In this document: one piece after another, positions 11,165 to 21,677 of the stretch
Numbering within the stretch: position 1 is the stretch's first letter
How the letters are laid out: every line of letters begins with the position of its first letter
NCBI GenBank assembly: GCA_963803435.1
Contig: CAWDML010000009.1
Coordinates: 640,001 to 704,000 of the forward strand
Direction of reading: 5' to 3'
From: an uncultured delta proteobacterium
GTDB lineage: Bacteria; Myxococcota; Kuafuiibacteriia; Kuafuiibacteriales; Kuafuiibacteriaceae
Length of the DNA: 64,000 bases
The notes under the pieces: model-generated
Databases searched by the model: none
Told to the model about the DNA's origin: nothing
Seen by the model: the letters and a program-made list of their open reading frames with translations, nothing else
Position numbers and translations under genes: made by a program

Positions 11165-13588
11165 GTGGCGCGGTTCATCGGGCGCCACCGAGAGCTCGAT
11201 CGTGTGCGGCGGTGGCTCGGCGGTGGTGAGCGGCTGATCTCGATCGTCGGCCCGCCCGGCATCGGTAAGACCACGCTTGCCCGCCGCATCGCGGACAGCG
11301 CCGAGCACTACCGGGGCGGGGTCCGCGTGGTGGATGTCGGGCATGCGCATACGGCCGAGGCGCTGGCGGTCGCCGTCGCGCACGCTTTTGATCTCGACCT
11401 GACCCGGGACGGCGGACGGGACGTGGTGCAGGAGGTCGGCCGCCGCCTCGCCCACCGCGGCCCCACGCTGATCGTGCTCGACGCGCTCGAGCACGCGTCG
11501 GAGCATGCCGATCGTACGGTGCGCCTCTGGCTGGAGGCGGCGCCGCGCGTCGCGTTCCTGGTCACGTCGCGGGTCGCGCTCCGGCTCCCCAGCGAGATTC
11601 GCTTCGATCTCCCGCCCCTGTTGCACGAGGACGCGCGCCGGCTCTTCGTGGAGCGCGCCCAGGCGATCCGCTCCGACTTCGAGCTCGGGGAGGACGGGCG
11701 GCTCCTCGACGAGGTCCTCGCGCACCTCGACTGCATCCCGCTCGCGATCCTGCTGGCGGCCGGTCGGATGGGTGTGCTCTCGCTCCGGGCGCTGGCCGCA
11801 CGGCTGTCCCGTCGCTTCGACCTCATGCCCGATCTGGGCGGCGCGCTCGAGGACGGGTGGACCTCGCTGTCGGCCGAGGACCGCGCGCTCCTGGTGCAGT
11901 GCGCCGCCTTCCCCGACGGCTTCTTCCTCGACGATGCGGAGGCGGTGATCGACGGGGGCGAGCTGCTCGAACGGCTGGAGAGCCTGCGCGATCGCTCGTT
12001 CATCTGCACGCGCGCCTCCACGGTGGTGCCGGGCGAGGTGCGCTATCTGCTCTACGAGTCGATCCGGGCCTTTGTAATCGAGCGCGCGGGCGGCGAGCTC
12101 CCCGCGGTGGTGGATCGCATCGAGCGCTACTACCTCGACCGTGAGGCACGTTATCGCGAGGGGCCGCTGCGGCTGGCGGCGGAGTACCAAAACCTGATCG
12201 CGATCCATCGCTCAGAGCGGCCCGACCGCGTGGCCCGCGCGGGCGCCATCCTGAACGCGTTCTTCGTCTCGCGCGGTCCGTCGCGCCTGCATCTCGACAT
12301 TCTCGAGCGATCGATCGAGGCCGCGCAGGGGACCGAGCTGGAGGTCGAGCTGCGGCTCCAGGCCGCCGAGGCGCTCCGCATGTACGGGCGCGCCGTGGAT
12401 GCGCGGCGCGCGCTCCCCGACGGCGCCCGCGGCACGTTCGAGGGCGAGAACATCGCCGGAAAGATCTGGTTCTCGCTGGGCGAGCTCGACCAGGCGGGCG
12501 CCTGCTTCGGTCGCGCGCGGGACGCAGCCCCGTCGGATCGAGAGCGTGCGATCGCCGTCGCCAACCTGGGGCTGATCGCGCTGCACCGGACCGACTATTC
12601 GGAGGCCGAGCGGCTGTATCGCTCGGCGTTGGAGTCGCATCGGCGAGCGCAGGATCGTCGCTCCGAGGCCTTGGCGCTGGCCAACCTGGGCATCCTCTTT
12701 CACGAGATCAACGCGCTCGATCAGGCCGAGGCCCACCTCGCCGAGGCCTGGGAGCTGGCGCTCGAGCTCTCCGAGCGCCGCCTGGAGGGCGCGATTCTGG
12801 GAACGCAAGGTATCTTGCATCAGGAGCAGGGCCACCCGGAGGCGGCGAGGGCGGCCTTCACCTCGGCGCTCGGCATCCATCGCGAGGTGGGGGCGGAGGC
12901 CGACGAGGCGATGTTCCTCACCCACCTGGCGATCCTCGACTTCGAGCGGCGCGAGCCGGCGGCCGCCGTCGAGGGGGCGAACGCCGCGCTCCGGCTCGCC
13001 CGCCGGCTGGGCCGCCGCCGTCTCGAGGGCCTGGCGCTGGCCTACCTCGGCTTCTTCGAGGGCTCGCAGGCGAAGCTCGCCGAGGCGCGTCTCATCCTCG
13101 AGCAGGTGAAGGAGCCGGCGCTGCTCGCCGCCTGCGATCGGCTCGCGCACCCGAACGCGGCCCGGGTGAGCGCGGACCTCCCCGCCAGCGAGCTTCGGCT
13201 GGCGAACCGGGTCGTCGACGCCTGGCGCCGCGAGACCGGCGACCTCCCGAAGAGCGACGGGTTCACCGAGCCGCCGCTGGTGGGCCAGGGGGGTACCTGG
13301 CTGTCGGATCGAGGGGGATCGAGGACCGACCTCCGCCGCCGTCCGGTGCTCAGGAAGCTGCTCGCGCACCTGGTCGCGCGCTCGCAGGCGGCGCCGGGTC
13401 GGCCGTGTCCGCTGCCCGAGCTCATGCGGGCGACCTGGCCCGAGCAGAGCGAGCTCAACGATCTGACGCTCAACCGGCTCTACGTCGCGGTGGCGACGCT
13501 CCGGAAGCTGGGACTCAAGGACTGGCTGGTGAAGGAGCCGGACGGCTATTACCTCGACCCGCGGGTCTCGATCGAGGGCGGCGGGTAG
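11165..13588 (+). CDS. STAND/NB-ARC-like ATPase with TPR repeats and a C-terminal winged-helix-like domain
   Basis: FIGRHRE, GPPGIGKT, LIVLDALEH, LVTSR, IPLAILLAA. TPR-like repeats (ALANLG). C-terminus LMRATWP...NRLYVAVATLRK...GYYL. Confidence 0.8.
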   Translation: MARFIGRHRELDRVRRWLGGGERLISIVGPPGIGKTTLARRIADSAEHYRGGVRVVDVGHAHTAEALAVAVAHAFDLDLTRDGGRDVVQEVGRRLAHRGPTLIVLDALEHASEHADRTVRLWLEAAPRVAFLVTSRVALRLPSEIRFDLPPLLHEDARRLFVERAQAIRSDFELGEDGRLLDEVLAHLDCIPLAILLAAGRMGVLSLRALAARLSRRFDLMPDLGGALEDGWTSLSAEDRALLVQCAAFPDGFFLDDAEAVIDGGELLERLESLRDRSFICTRASTVVPGEVRYLLYESIRAFVIERAGGELPAVVDRIERYYLDREARYREGPLRLAAEYQNLIAIHRSERPDRVARAGAILNAFFVSRGPSRLHLDILERSIEAAQGTELEVELRLQAAEALRMYGRAVDARRALPDGARGTFEGENIAGKIWFSLGELDQAGACFGRARDAAPSDRERAIAVANLGLIALHRTDYSEAERLYRSALESHRRAQDRRSEALALANLGILFHEINALDQAEAHLAEAWELALELSERRLEGAILGTQGILHQEQGHPEAARAAFTSALGIHREVGAEADEAMFLTHLAILDFERREPAAAVEGANAALRLARRLGRRRLEGLALAYLGFFEGSQAKLAEARLILEQVKEPALLAACDRLAHPNAARVSADLPASELRLANRVVDAWRRETGDLPKSDGFTEPPLVGQGGTWLSDRGGSRTDLRRRPVLRKLLAHLVARSQAAPGRPCPLPELMRATWPEQSELNDLTLNRLYVAVATLRKLGLKDWLVKEPDGYYLDPRVSIEGGG

Positions 13589-13589
13589 C

Positions 13590-14039
13590 TCAGAGCCGGA
13601 ACGAGGTCAGGATCGGTTGGAGCTCCTGGTCGAGCCGCGCGCGCTGCCACTCCGCCACCGTCCCCGTGATCTGCGTGAGCACGCCTTCTTCGATGCGGAA
13701 GAGGTGGCGCTGCAGCACGCCGAGCCCCGGCCTCACCTGAAACGACAGCGTGATCGAAGCCCCGGCGGCGCCGTCGGCGAAGACGACCGCGCCCTCATCG
13801 AGGCGCTTCACGCCCGGCACTCCGGCCGAGAACGCCTCGACGAACGCGTCCCGCGCCGCCTCCGGCGCCGTCCGGTCGGTCGCCATGCGCGCCATGGACA
13901 CCGACGCCCGCGGCGCAGGGGGCGCAGCCCGCGCGGACATCGGCGCCCGCACCGCCCGAGCCGCCGGCGCCACCGCCGTCAGCTCGGTCGGGCTCTCGGC
14001 GGATAGGGTCCAATCCGCGGGCACGTCCAAACCAGCCAC
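13590..14039 (-). CDS. Hypothetical protein, DcrB/PsbP/Mog1-like (DUF1795-like)
   Basis: N-terminal VPADW and C-terminal LTQITGT...LQPILTSFRL pattern. Confidence 0.5.
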   Translation of the reverse strand: MAGLDVPADWTLSAESPTELTAVAPAARAVRAPMSARAAPPAPRASVSMARMATDRTAPEAARDAFVEAFSAGVPGVKRLDEGAVVFADGAAGASITLSFQVRPGLGVLQRHLFRIEEGVLTQITGTVAEWQRARLDQELQPILTSFRL

Positions 14040-14048
14040 ATCCAGCTC

Positions 14049-14393
14049 CTAGTAGAAGATCACGGACTCCTGCGCCTGCTTCCAGGCGCGCTCGCAGCTC
14101 TGCCGGATGTCCGCCGGGAGCTTCGCGAACGTGCTCTCCGGATGGTCCGCCTTGATGACGTCCGCCACGGTCTTCAGGCCGATGCTCTCGAGGGCCGCCT
14201 GGCCGCGCTGCTTGCTGACGCCGAACAGCACGTAGGCGTCGGCGTCGAGGGCCATCTTCTCGACGTCGATGCTCTTGGCGCCGCGCGCCTCTGCAGCCTC
14301 GATCTTCCGCTGAAACGAAGGATCGAAGGCCTGCTTCAGGTGCTCCATCGTGTACGCGGGTGAATCCGGATCGAATCTAATTCCTGCCACCAT
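14049..14393 (-). CDS. Hypothetical protein
   Basis: ATG 14393 preceded by GGGAG; normal codon use; same strand as its neighbours. Confidence 0.6.
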   Translation of the reverse strand: MVAGIRFDPDSPAYTMEHLKQAFDPSFQRKIEAAEARGAKSIDVEKMALDADAYVLFGVSKQRGQAALESIGLKTVADVIKADHPESTFAKLPADIRQSCERAWKQAQESVIFY

Positions 14394-14472
14394 GATTGTG
14401 ATCTCCCTTGCGAGGCTGGTTATCGCCGCCTCGTAAGGGTGGTGCCTTAGGACGGTCTTAAAAGGGATTTGG

Positions 14473-15879
14473 TTAGACGGCCTGGCCGAGCGCGGGATTG
14501 GTCTCGGGCTCGTCGCCGATCTCGAGCCAGGCCACCACGGTCTGGGCCGGAACGTCGAGCGTCTGGGCGACGGCTTCGGCGGGGGTGCCCTTCTGGTGGA
14601 GGCGCCGGGCCACGGCCCCGAGCCACTTCGAGTTCTCCGCGTTCTGCTCCAAGGGGAGGACATTGGAGCGACGGGGGGCGCGGCGGAGCCAGCGGGTGAG
14701 CGTGCTCCGGGGGACAGCGAGCACGTCGGCGACCTCCCGGATGGACCGGCCCTGCTTGGACAGGCGGGTGGCCACGTGGACCAGGCGGCGCTTCTCCATC
14801 GCGGTGTAGGCCGGGCGCGCAGGGGCCTTCCTGCTCCCGGTGCGCGTCGCCGGCGCGACGGTCCCGGTGGGCTCCGCAGGCTCGGGGAGCGGGTCGTCCG
14901 GGATCGGCGCGGGGGTGGGCACGATGGGCTGGGCGGCGGCGGCCGGCATCGGGCTCGGGACCAAGAGGACGCCGAGACACGCGATCACCACCAGGAGGAT
15001 CTCGATGGCGAGGCTGGCGAAGAGCGCCGAGAGGCTCTCGGTGCGGAGGGCGAGCAGGTCCTTGATGCCGGCCAGGCGCTCGGGTGTGGCGGCGCGGAGC
15101 GCGGGCGGCGCGGGCGCGGCGGTGAAGGCGACCTGGGTCCAGTCCTCGGGGAGGTAGCGCTCGCCGCGCCAGGGTTTGAGGAACTCGGCGGTCTCGACCA
15201 GGATCCGCTCGACCAGCGGGTCGGTCGCGGTGGCCCGATCGAGGACGGTCTGGGCGCAGCGGATGTCCTCCACGGGACAGCGCTCCAGGTCAGCGGTGAG
15301 GGCGTCGAGCCGGGCGATGAGGCCCTCGAGCTCGGAAACCCGATCGGTGAGGCCGCGGCAGAGGGTGAAGCAGCCGCTCTGGCCCGAGATCCGGCCCTCG
15401 CGCTCGTCGTCCCTCAACCGGGCCAGGCGCTGGTCGCGGGCCCGCGCGAAGCTGGCGCGCTCGGCGAGCTGCCCGGCGACCTTGGAGCCGAACATCATCG
15501 CCTCGGCCTCGTGGTGCTCGGTTAGGCTGAGCCTCCGGGTATCGGAGAGCCGCTGGTCGAAGGCGAGATAGCTGCCAGCGACGCTGAAGAACGCACCGAT
15601 GAACCAGAGCGCGGCGCACGTCACGAGGAGGCCGATGCCGCGGACCCACGAGCTGTCCCGGTCGATCCGCCCGGTGAACCGGCTGAAGAACAGCCAGGAG
15701 GCGCTGACGATGATCATCTGGAGGACGATCGAGACCACGTACGCGACCACGAGGCTGCCCGGCAGGATCATCGCCAGGCCGAAGGCGGTCGTCTTGATGC
15801 TGACCGCGGAGAGGATCGCGCACGCGGCGTACGTGCCGAAGCGGAGGAGCGTGCGGATGCGATCGGGAGCCGGCGTCAT
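14473..15879 (-). CDS. Multi-TM membrane protein (DUF4407-like) with C-terminal tandem HTH
   Basis: Three N-terminal TM segments, a coiled region with EREGRISGQSG, one more TM, a Pro linker, then HTHs SIREVADVLAVPRSTLTRW and AEAVAQTLDVPAQTVVAW. Confidence 0.65.
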   Translation of the reverse strand: MTPAPDRIRTLLRFGTYAACAILSAVSIKTTAFGLAMILPGSLVVAYVVSIVLQMIIVSASWLFFSRFTGRIDRDSSWVRGIGLLVTCAALWFIGAFFSVAGSYLAFDQRLSDTRRLSLTEHHEAEAMMFGSKVAGQLAERASFARARDQRLARLRDDEREGRISGQSGCFTLCRGLTDRVSELEGLIARLDALTADLERCPVEDIRCAQTVLDRATATDPLVERILVETAEFLKPWRGERYLPEDWTQVAFTAAPAPPALRAATPERLAGIKDLLALRTESLSALFASLAIEILLVVIACLGVLLVPSPMPAAAAQPIVPTPAPIPDDPLPEPAEPTGTVAPATRTGSRKAPARPAYTAMEKRRLVHVATRLSKQGRSIREVADVLAVPRSTLTRWLRRAPRRSNVLPLEQNAENSKWLGAVARRLHQKGTPAEAVAQTLDVPAQTVVAWLEIGDEPETNPALGQAV

Positions 15880-15950
15880 GACGGGTTTTTCGCGGAGGAT
15901 GGTAGTCCGCCCGCGATCCTTCCATCAACCTCGGGCTGAGCACCCGTGGG

Positions 15951-17051
15951 TCAAAGTGCGAGCGCGTCCTCGATCTCCTCGAAGATGCGGCGGCGCCATT
16001 GCACGAAGGTGCTCTCACCGTGGAGCATGGCGGTGGTCTCCGTGAGGACGGCTCCGACATCGAGGAGCCCGCACTGGGGATCGCTCGCCACCGGCTCGAG
16101 GATGGCCGCGGGGAGGTGGGGCGGGGGCATCCACGCGGCCATCTTGGCCGACCGACCTCTGAGCAGCCCGGCGACGGCCGCGTTCGCGAGCCGGCTCGCC
16201 AGCAGCCGATCCTGGGCCGAGGGCCGGCCGCCGCGGACCACGTGGCCCAGGACCGTCACGCGCGTCTCGATCTTCGGCGTGGGCACGCCGAGGTCGCCCG
16301 CGAGCCGCGCGTCGACCTGCAGCTTGAGTTGGTCCGCCGAGATCGGCACGCCCTCCGCCTTGATCACCAGCACCCGCTTACTCCGGTGCGCCCGCGACTG
16401 CGCCTGGAGGATCGTGCGCGCCAGCTGATCCACGATCTGCTCCGGCGTCTTGCCGGCCTCCGGGAAGAGCACGGCGTCCGCGCCGGCGGCGATCGCAGCG
16501 GTCATCGCCAGGTAGCCGCAGTCGCGCCCCATGACCTCGACGATGAAGGTGCGATCGTGGGCCGAGGCGGTGTCGGAGATCTTGTCGCACGCGTCGACGA
16601 TCGTGTTCACCGCGGTATCCACGCCGATCGAGAGCCGGGTGTAGCCGAGGTCGTTGTCGATCGACGCCGGGATGCCGATCGCGGCGAGGGGGGTCGCGCA
16701 CTCCGCCGGATCGATCAACCGCTGCATGCCGCTCAGCGATCCGTTGCCGCCGATGACGAGGAGCCCGTCGATCCCGCGGGCCGCCAGGTGGGCCCGCGCC
16801 CGATCGCGGCCCTCGCGCGCGAGGAAGTCGAGGCATCGCGCCGACCCCAGGATCGTCCCGCCGTCCCGGATGATGCCGGCGACGTCGCCGGGGAGGAGCG
16901 GCGCCAGCTGGTCGTCGAGCAGCCCCTGATACCCGTGCTGGACCCCGAAGACCTCGCAGCCCCTCGCCGTCGCCAGCAGCGTCCCGGCGCGGATGGCGGC
17001 GTTCATGCCGGGCGCGTCGCCGCCGCTGGTGAGGATCGCCAGTCGCTTCAT
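15951..17051 (-). CDS. pfkA: ATP-dependent 6-phosphofructokinase
   Basis: LTSGGDAPGMNA, GGTILGSAR, IGGNGS, SIDND, EVMGR, LGHVVRGG. Confidence 0.95.
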   Translation of the reverse strand: MKRLAILTSGGDAPGMNAAIRAGTLLATARGCEVFGVQHGYQGLLDDQLAPLLPGDVAGIIRDGGTILGSARCLDFLAREGRDRARAHLAARGIDGLLVIGGNGSLSGMQRLIDPAECATPLAAIGIPASIDNDLGYTRLSIGVDTAVNTIVDACDKISDTASAHDRTFIVEVMGRDCGYLAMTAAIAAGADAVLFPEAGKTPEQIVDQLARTILQAQSRAHRSKRVLVIKAEGVPISADQLKLQVDARLAGDLGVPTPKIETRVTVLGHVVRGGRPSAQDRLLASRLANAAVAGLLRGRSAKMAAWMPPPHLPAAILEPVASDPQCGLLDVGAVLTETTAMLHGESTFVQWRRRIFEEIEDALAL

Positions 17052-17160
17052 CGACCAGGTTCTAGGTGATCGGTCGGTCGCAGGGCATCGGAAAGATCCG
17101 TTCTCATCGACATTCGTGCTCCCCGACACCAACTGAACCGGCGAGCCGTGTCGTTTCCGA

Positions 17161-20100
17161 TCAATCGAAGCGCCGGATCAGGTACCCGCGGCTGATCCGC
17201 CGGAAGCCGGCCGCCTCCAGGCGCTCCGGCCAGGCCGTCTCCTTCACCGGCGCGCCGTCGATCCGCTCGATCATCACCGCGTTGCGCTCGCCGGAGCGGG
17301 CCCAGCGGGCGAGGGCCTCGGCGACCGCGGTGGCGCGGGTGAGGTCGTCGCCGGTGAAGGTGAGGAGCGAGGTCTCGCTCTTGCCCACCCACGCCAGGAG
17401 CTCGCCGTTTTGCAGGATGACTTGCGCTCCGGCGGCGCGCTGAGGGTGGGCGCCCTCGCGAGGGGGCCAGGGGATGCAGGCGCCGTACGGGTTGGCGGGG
17501 TCGGTGGCGGCCAGCAGGATCGCGGGCCCGGCGGAGGCGCCCGCCAGCGCCCGGAGGCGATCGTCGGCGCCGGCCATCGCGAACTGGGTGGCGCCGAGAT
17601 CGGCGAGGAAGTAGCCGCGGCGCACGCGGCCGCGCTCCTCCATCGCCTTGAGGATCGGGTAGATGCTGGAGAAGCCGCCCGGGAGCGATTCGGCCTCCAC
17701 CGCCTCGCGCGTGAGCACGCCGTAGCGGGCCAGCAGCTGCCGGGCGAGGGCCGTACGGCGCTCGGTGACCGTGGCGAGAGCCTCGGGATCGGGCAACAGC
17801 GACCAGCGCCCCTCGGAGCCGGGCGGTCCGCGCCGCCGCGAGCGGAAGCGTCCGCGCGCGCTCTTGGTCGCGGGCCTGTCGCCGGCCAGGAGCGAGCGCA
17901 GCGGGGCAGGCGTGTCGTTGCTGATCTCGCCGCTGAACACGAGCGCCCAGAGCACCGCCACCAGATCGTTGGCAAAGGCCCGGGTCTTGGCGACGAGCTC
18001 CGAGAAGAACTGCGCTCCGGCGGTCTCGAGCAGCGCGCGCACCCGATCCGCCAGCTCGCCTTCCACGTGGCCCCGCGCCGGCGCCAGCTCCGCGTAGTGG
18101 TCGGCGAGGTACAGCGCGATGCGCGCGTCCTTGTCGCCGATGCGCTCGACACCGCGCCACACGATCTCGCCGGCAGCGCACAGCTCGTCGAGCATGGCCG
18201 GACGGAAGTCGGCGATGCGCGCCGGCAGGATCTCGGCCTCCAGCGCCGAGGCCGGCAGCGGTGCGCCTTGGAGCTGCTCCAGGGTGTCGAGCAGCGCGTC
18301 CAGCCCGAGGCGCGGCACCGCGACGCCCTGGTACTCGACGAGCCAGCGCCCGAGCGCCCGCGGCGGCTGGGGCTCCACCTGCTTCTTGAGCTTGGCCAGC
18401 GAGATCCGCTTGAGCGCCCTCAGCACCTCCGGGTCGCACCACTCCTCGCCCTGGCCGTCGGGGAGGAACTCGCCCGCGACTGCGCGCTCCTCCTCGGCGA
18501 GCTCGCGGAGCGCCAGCTCCACCGCGGCCATGCCGATCCCGTAGCGCGCCGCCACCGCCTGGGCGCGGAAAGGCCCGTGGGTGCGGGCGTAGCGGGCCAC
18601 CAGCTCGGTGAGCGCGTTCGGCGCCGGGGCGAGGAGCGACTCGGGGAGGCCGTCGGGCAAGGGCAGCCCGAGGGCGTCGCGGTACCGCGCCGCGTCCTCC
18701 ACCGCGATCAGGCGCTCCGTGCCGGCGATGACCAGCGGGAGGACGCGGCCGGCCGCGACCAGGGCGTCGGCCCAGGCCGGAGCCGCGCTTCGATCCTCGG
18801 CGCGCTCCAGGATCTCGGGCAGGCTCAGATCGCCGAGCGACAGCAACAGGTCGTTGAGCCCGTCGGCGTGGCGTACCGCGAAGTGCAGGTCGAGGTGCTG
18901 GAGGCGCCGCCCGTGCTCGACGAGGGCGGCCGGGTCGAGCAGCTCCCGGAGCTCGGCCTCGCCCAGGAGCTCGCGGAGCTGGGCGTGATCGATGGTGAGC
19001 GCCTGCGCGCGCCGCTCGGCCAGGGGCGCGTCGGTGTCATAGACGAAGTTGCCGACATATGTGAACAGGAGCGCCGAGGCGAACGGGGAGGGCGCCTTGG
19101 TCCGCACCGAGGCCACCTGAAGCTGTTGGGTCTCGATCTGGCGGAGGATCGCCTCGAGGCTCTCGAGATCGAAGTCGTCCGAGAGACACTCGCGGTACGC
19201 CTCGAGCACGACCGGGAAGTCCGGGAAGTGGGCGGCCACGCCCAGCAGGTCGGCGGCGCGGCGTCGCGTGGCCCACAACGGCGAGCGCTGCCCGGGCCGG
19301 CGCTTCGGCAACAGCAGCGAGCGCCCGGCCGCCTCCCGGAAGCGGGCCGCGAAGAGCGCGGTCTCGCCGAGGCTCCGCACGATCAGATCGCGGACCTCGT
19401 CTGCGGGCGGGAAGAAGAGCGCGCTCTCCGGTGGCTCGTCCGCCGCCGGCAGCCGGAAGGCGATGCCGTCGTCGGTCCACATCAGGTCGACGTCGCGCTC
19501 CGAGAGATGCGCGAGCCGCGAGCGCACCGCGGTGGCCCAGGGCGCGTGCACCCGGCCGCCGAAGGGGGTCAGGATGCAGATGCGCCAGTCGCCGACCTCA
19601 TCGAGGAAGCGCTCGAGGACCACGGTACGATCGCTCGGGATCACGCCGGTCGCCTCGCGCTGAGCCGCCAGGTAGTCGAGCAGGTTTCGGGCGGCCCGGC
19701 GGTCGAGCCGGCGCTCGTCCACCAGCAGGGCGACTGCCGCCTCCTCGGGCATCGCCGAGAGCTCCCGGGCCAGCGCCCCGATGGCCCGGCCCAGCTCGGC
19801 GGGACGGCCCGGCCCGTCGCCGCGCCAGAAGGGCATGCGCCCCGGCTCGCCCGGCGCCGGCGTCACCATCACTCGGTCGTGATCGATCTCCTCGATGCGC
19901 CACGACGAGGCGCCCAAGAGGAAGACGTCGCCGGGCTTGGACTCGAAGACCATCTCCTCGTCCAGCTCACCCACGCGCCGCGACTTGCCGCCCTCGTCGT
20001 CGGCGAGGAACACGCCGAAGAGGCCGCGGTCGGGGATGGTGCCGCCGTTGATCACCGCGATCCGACGAGCGCCCTGGCGCGGCAGCAGCAGGCCGGCCTT

Positions 20101-21621
20101 GCGATCGTAGGTCAGGCGCGGCCGCAGGTCCGCGAAGCGGTCGGAGGGATAGCGGCCCGAGAGCATGTCGAGGACGCCGTCGAAGCTCCTCCGCGGCAGC
20201 TCGGCGTAGGGGGCGGCGCGACGGACCAGCCCGAAGAGGCGCTCGACCTCGATCGACTCCTCGGCCGCCACCTGGGCCACGATCTGCTGGGCCAGCACGT
20301 CGAGCGGGTTCCGCGGGTAGCGGCTGGCCTCCACCTCGCCGCGCTGCATGCGCTCCACCGCCGCCGCGCAGGCCAGCAGGTCGCCGCGGAACTTGGGGAA
20401 CACCCTGCCCTTCGAGGTGGCGCCCACCTGGTGCCCGGCCCGCCCGATGCGCTGCAGCCCGCTGGCCACCGAGGGCGGGGCCTCGATCTGGATCACCAGA
20501 TCGATGGCGCCCATGTCGATGCCGAGCTCGAGCGAGGAGGTGGCCACCAGTGCCGGCAGGTCGCCCGACTTGAGGCGCGCCTCGATCATCAGCCGCGTGT
20601 CCTTGGCGATCGATCCGTGGTGCGCCAGCGCGATCGGCGCCTTCGCCAGATCGTTGAGCGCGGTGGCGAGGCGCTCGGCGAGCGCCCGGTTGTTCACGAA
20701 GATCAGCGTGCTGGTGTGGGCGCGGATGAGCTCCACCAGGCGCGGGTGGATCGAGGGCCAGATCGATCGGGGCCGCTCGTCGCCGGACTCCGGATCCGCC
20801 GCCGCCTCGAGCTTGGCCATGTCCTCCACCGGCACCTCGACCGACAGCTCGAGCCGCTTCGTCCGGCCCGCGTCGACGATCTCCACCGGCCGCGGACGCC
20901 CCTCGCGATCGAACCCGCCCAGCAGGCTGGCCACCTCCTCCAAGGGTCGCTGCGTGGCCGAGAGCCCGATCCGCTGCAGCGCGCCCGCGCCCGCGCCGCG
21001 CAGCTCCTCGAGGCGCTCGAGAGAGAGGAACAGGTGCGCGCCCCGCTTGCTGGAGACCATCGAGTGGATCTCGTCGACGATCACCGTCTCCACGGTGGCC
21101 AGGGTCTCCTTCGCGTTGGAGGTCAACAGCAGGTAGAGCGACTCGGGGGTGGTGATCAGGATGTCCGGCGGCGTGCGCGAGAGCCGCGCCCGCTCGGCGC
21201 TGGGCGTGTCGCCCGACCGCACGCCTACGGTGATGCGGCGGAAGTCGGCGCCGTCCTCGCGGGCGGCCGCCTCGATGCCGGCGATGGGGACCTCGAGGTT
21301 CCGGTGCACGTCGACGCCGAGCGCCTTGAGCGGCGAGATGTAGAGGACGCGCAGCCGTTCGCGCTTGGCCGGCACCTTTGTGAAGCTGAGCCGGTTGATC
21401 GCCGCCAGGAACGCGGCCAGCGTCTTGCCCGACCCGGTAGGCGCGAGCAGGAGCGTGGAGCGGCCCGCAGCGATGGGCGGCCAGCCCTGGACCTGGGCGT
21501 CGGTCGGTGCGCCGAACGTGCGCTCGAACCAGCGCCGCGCCGAAGGATGGAGGAAGCCGAGGCTCAATCGAGACTCCCGGGGATCCCTCCCCGTACCACG
21601 CTCGACGGCTCCGGTCTCCAC
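17161..21621 (-). CDS. lhr: Lhr-family ATP-dependent helicase (start uncertain)
   Basis: APTGSGKT, ISPLKAL, TTPESL, DEIH, SAT, HHGS, TSSLELGID, QRIGRAGH. C-terminal Lhr extension (RRGYF, DPANPYG). Confidence 0.93.
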   Translation of the reverse strand: METGAVERGTGRDPRESRLSLGFLHPSARRWFERTFGAPTDAQVQGWPPIAAGRSTLLLAPTGSGKTLAAFLAAINRLSFTKVPAKRERLRVLYISPLKALGVDVHRNLEVPIAGIEAAAREDGADFRRITVGVRSGDTPSAERARLSRTPPDILITTPESLYLLLTSNAKETLATVETVIVDEIHSMVSSKRGAHLFLSLERLEELRGAGAGALQRIGLSATQRPLEEVASLLGGFDREGRPRPVEIVDAGRTKRLELSVEVPVEDMAKLEAAADPESGDERPRSIWPSIHPRLVELIRAHTSTLIFVNNRALAERLATALNDLAKAPIALAHHGSIAKDTRLMIEARLKSGDLPALVATSSLELGIDMGAIDLVIQIEAPPSVASGLQRIGRAGHQVGATSKGRVFPKFRGDLLACAAAVERMQRGEVEASRYPRNPLDVLAQQIVAQVAAEESIEVERLFGLVRRAAPYAELPRRSFDGVLDMLSGRYPSDRFADLRPRLTYDRKAGLLLPRQGARRIAVINGGTIPDRGLFGVFLADDEGGKSRRVGELDEEMVFESKPGDVFLLGASSWRIEEIDHDRVMVTPAPGEPGRMPFWRGDGPGRPAELGRAIGALARELSAMPEEAAVALLVDERRLDRRAARNLLDYLAAQREATGVIPSDRTVVLERFLDEVGDWRICILTPFGGRVHAPWATAVRSRLAHLSERDVDLMWTDDGIAFRLPAADEPPESALFFPPADEVRDLIVRSLGETALFAARFREAAGRSLLLPKRRPGQRSPLWATRRRAADLLGVAAHFPDFPVVLEAYRECLSDDFDLESLEAILRQIETQQLQVASVRTKAPSPFASALLFTYVGNFVYDTDAPLAERRAQALTIDHAQLRELLGEAELRELLDPAALVEHGRRLQHLDLHFAVRHADGLNDLLLSLGDLSLPEILERAEDRSAAPAWADALVAAGRVLPLVIAGTERLIAVEDAARYRDALGLPLPDGLPESLLAPAPNALTELVARYARTHGPFRAQAVAARYGIGMAAVELALRELAEEERAVAGEFLPDGQGEEWCDPEVLRALKRISLAKLKKQVEPQPPRALGRWLVEYQGVAVPRLGLDALLDTLEQLQGAPLPASALEAEILPARIADFRPAMLDELCAAGEIVWRGVERIGDKDARIALYLADHYAELAPARGHVEGELADRVRALLETAGAQFFSELVAKTRAFANDLVAVLWALVFSGEISNDTPAPLRSLLAGDRPATKSARGRFRSRRRGPPGSEGRWSLLPDPEALATVTERRTALARQLLARYGVLTREAVEAESLPGGFSSIYPILKAMEERGRVRRGYFLADLGATQFAMAGADDRLRALAGASAGPAILLAATDPANPYGACIPWPPREGAHPQRAAGAQVILQNGELLAWVGKSETSLLTFTGDDLTRATAVAEALARWARSGERNAVMIERIDGAPVKETAWPERLEAAGFRRISRGYLIRRFD

Positions 21622-21677
21622 GATGTCCGTGCTCCGGCCTTGACCTCTCCCACCTCCCGCCCGTACTCCCGGCGCCC

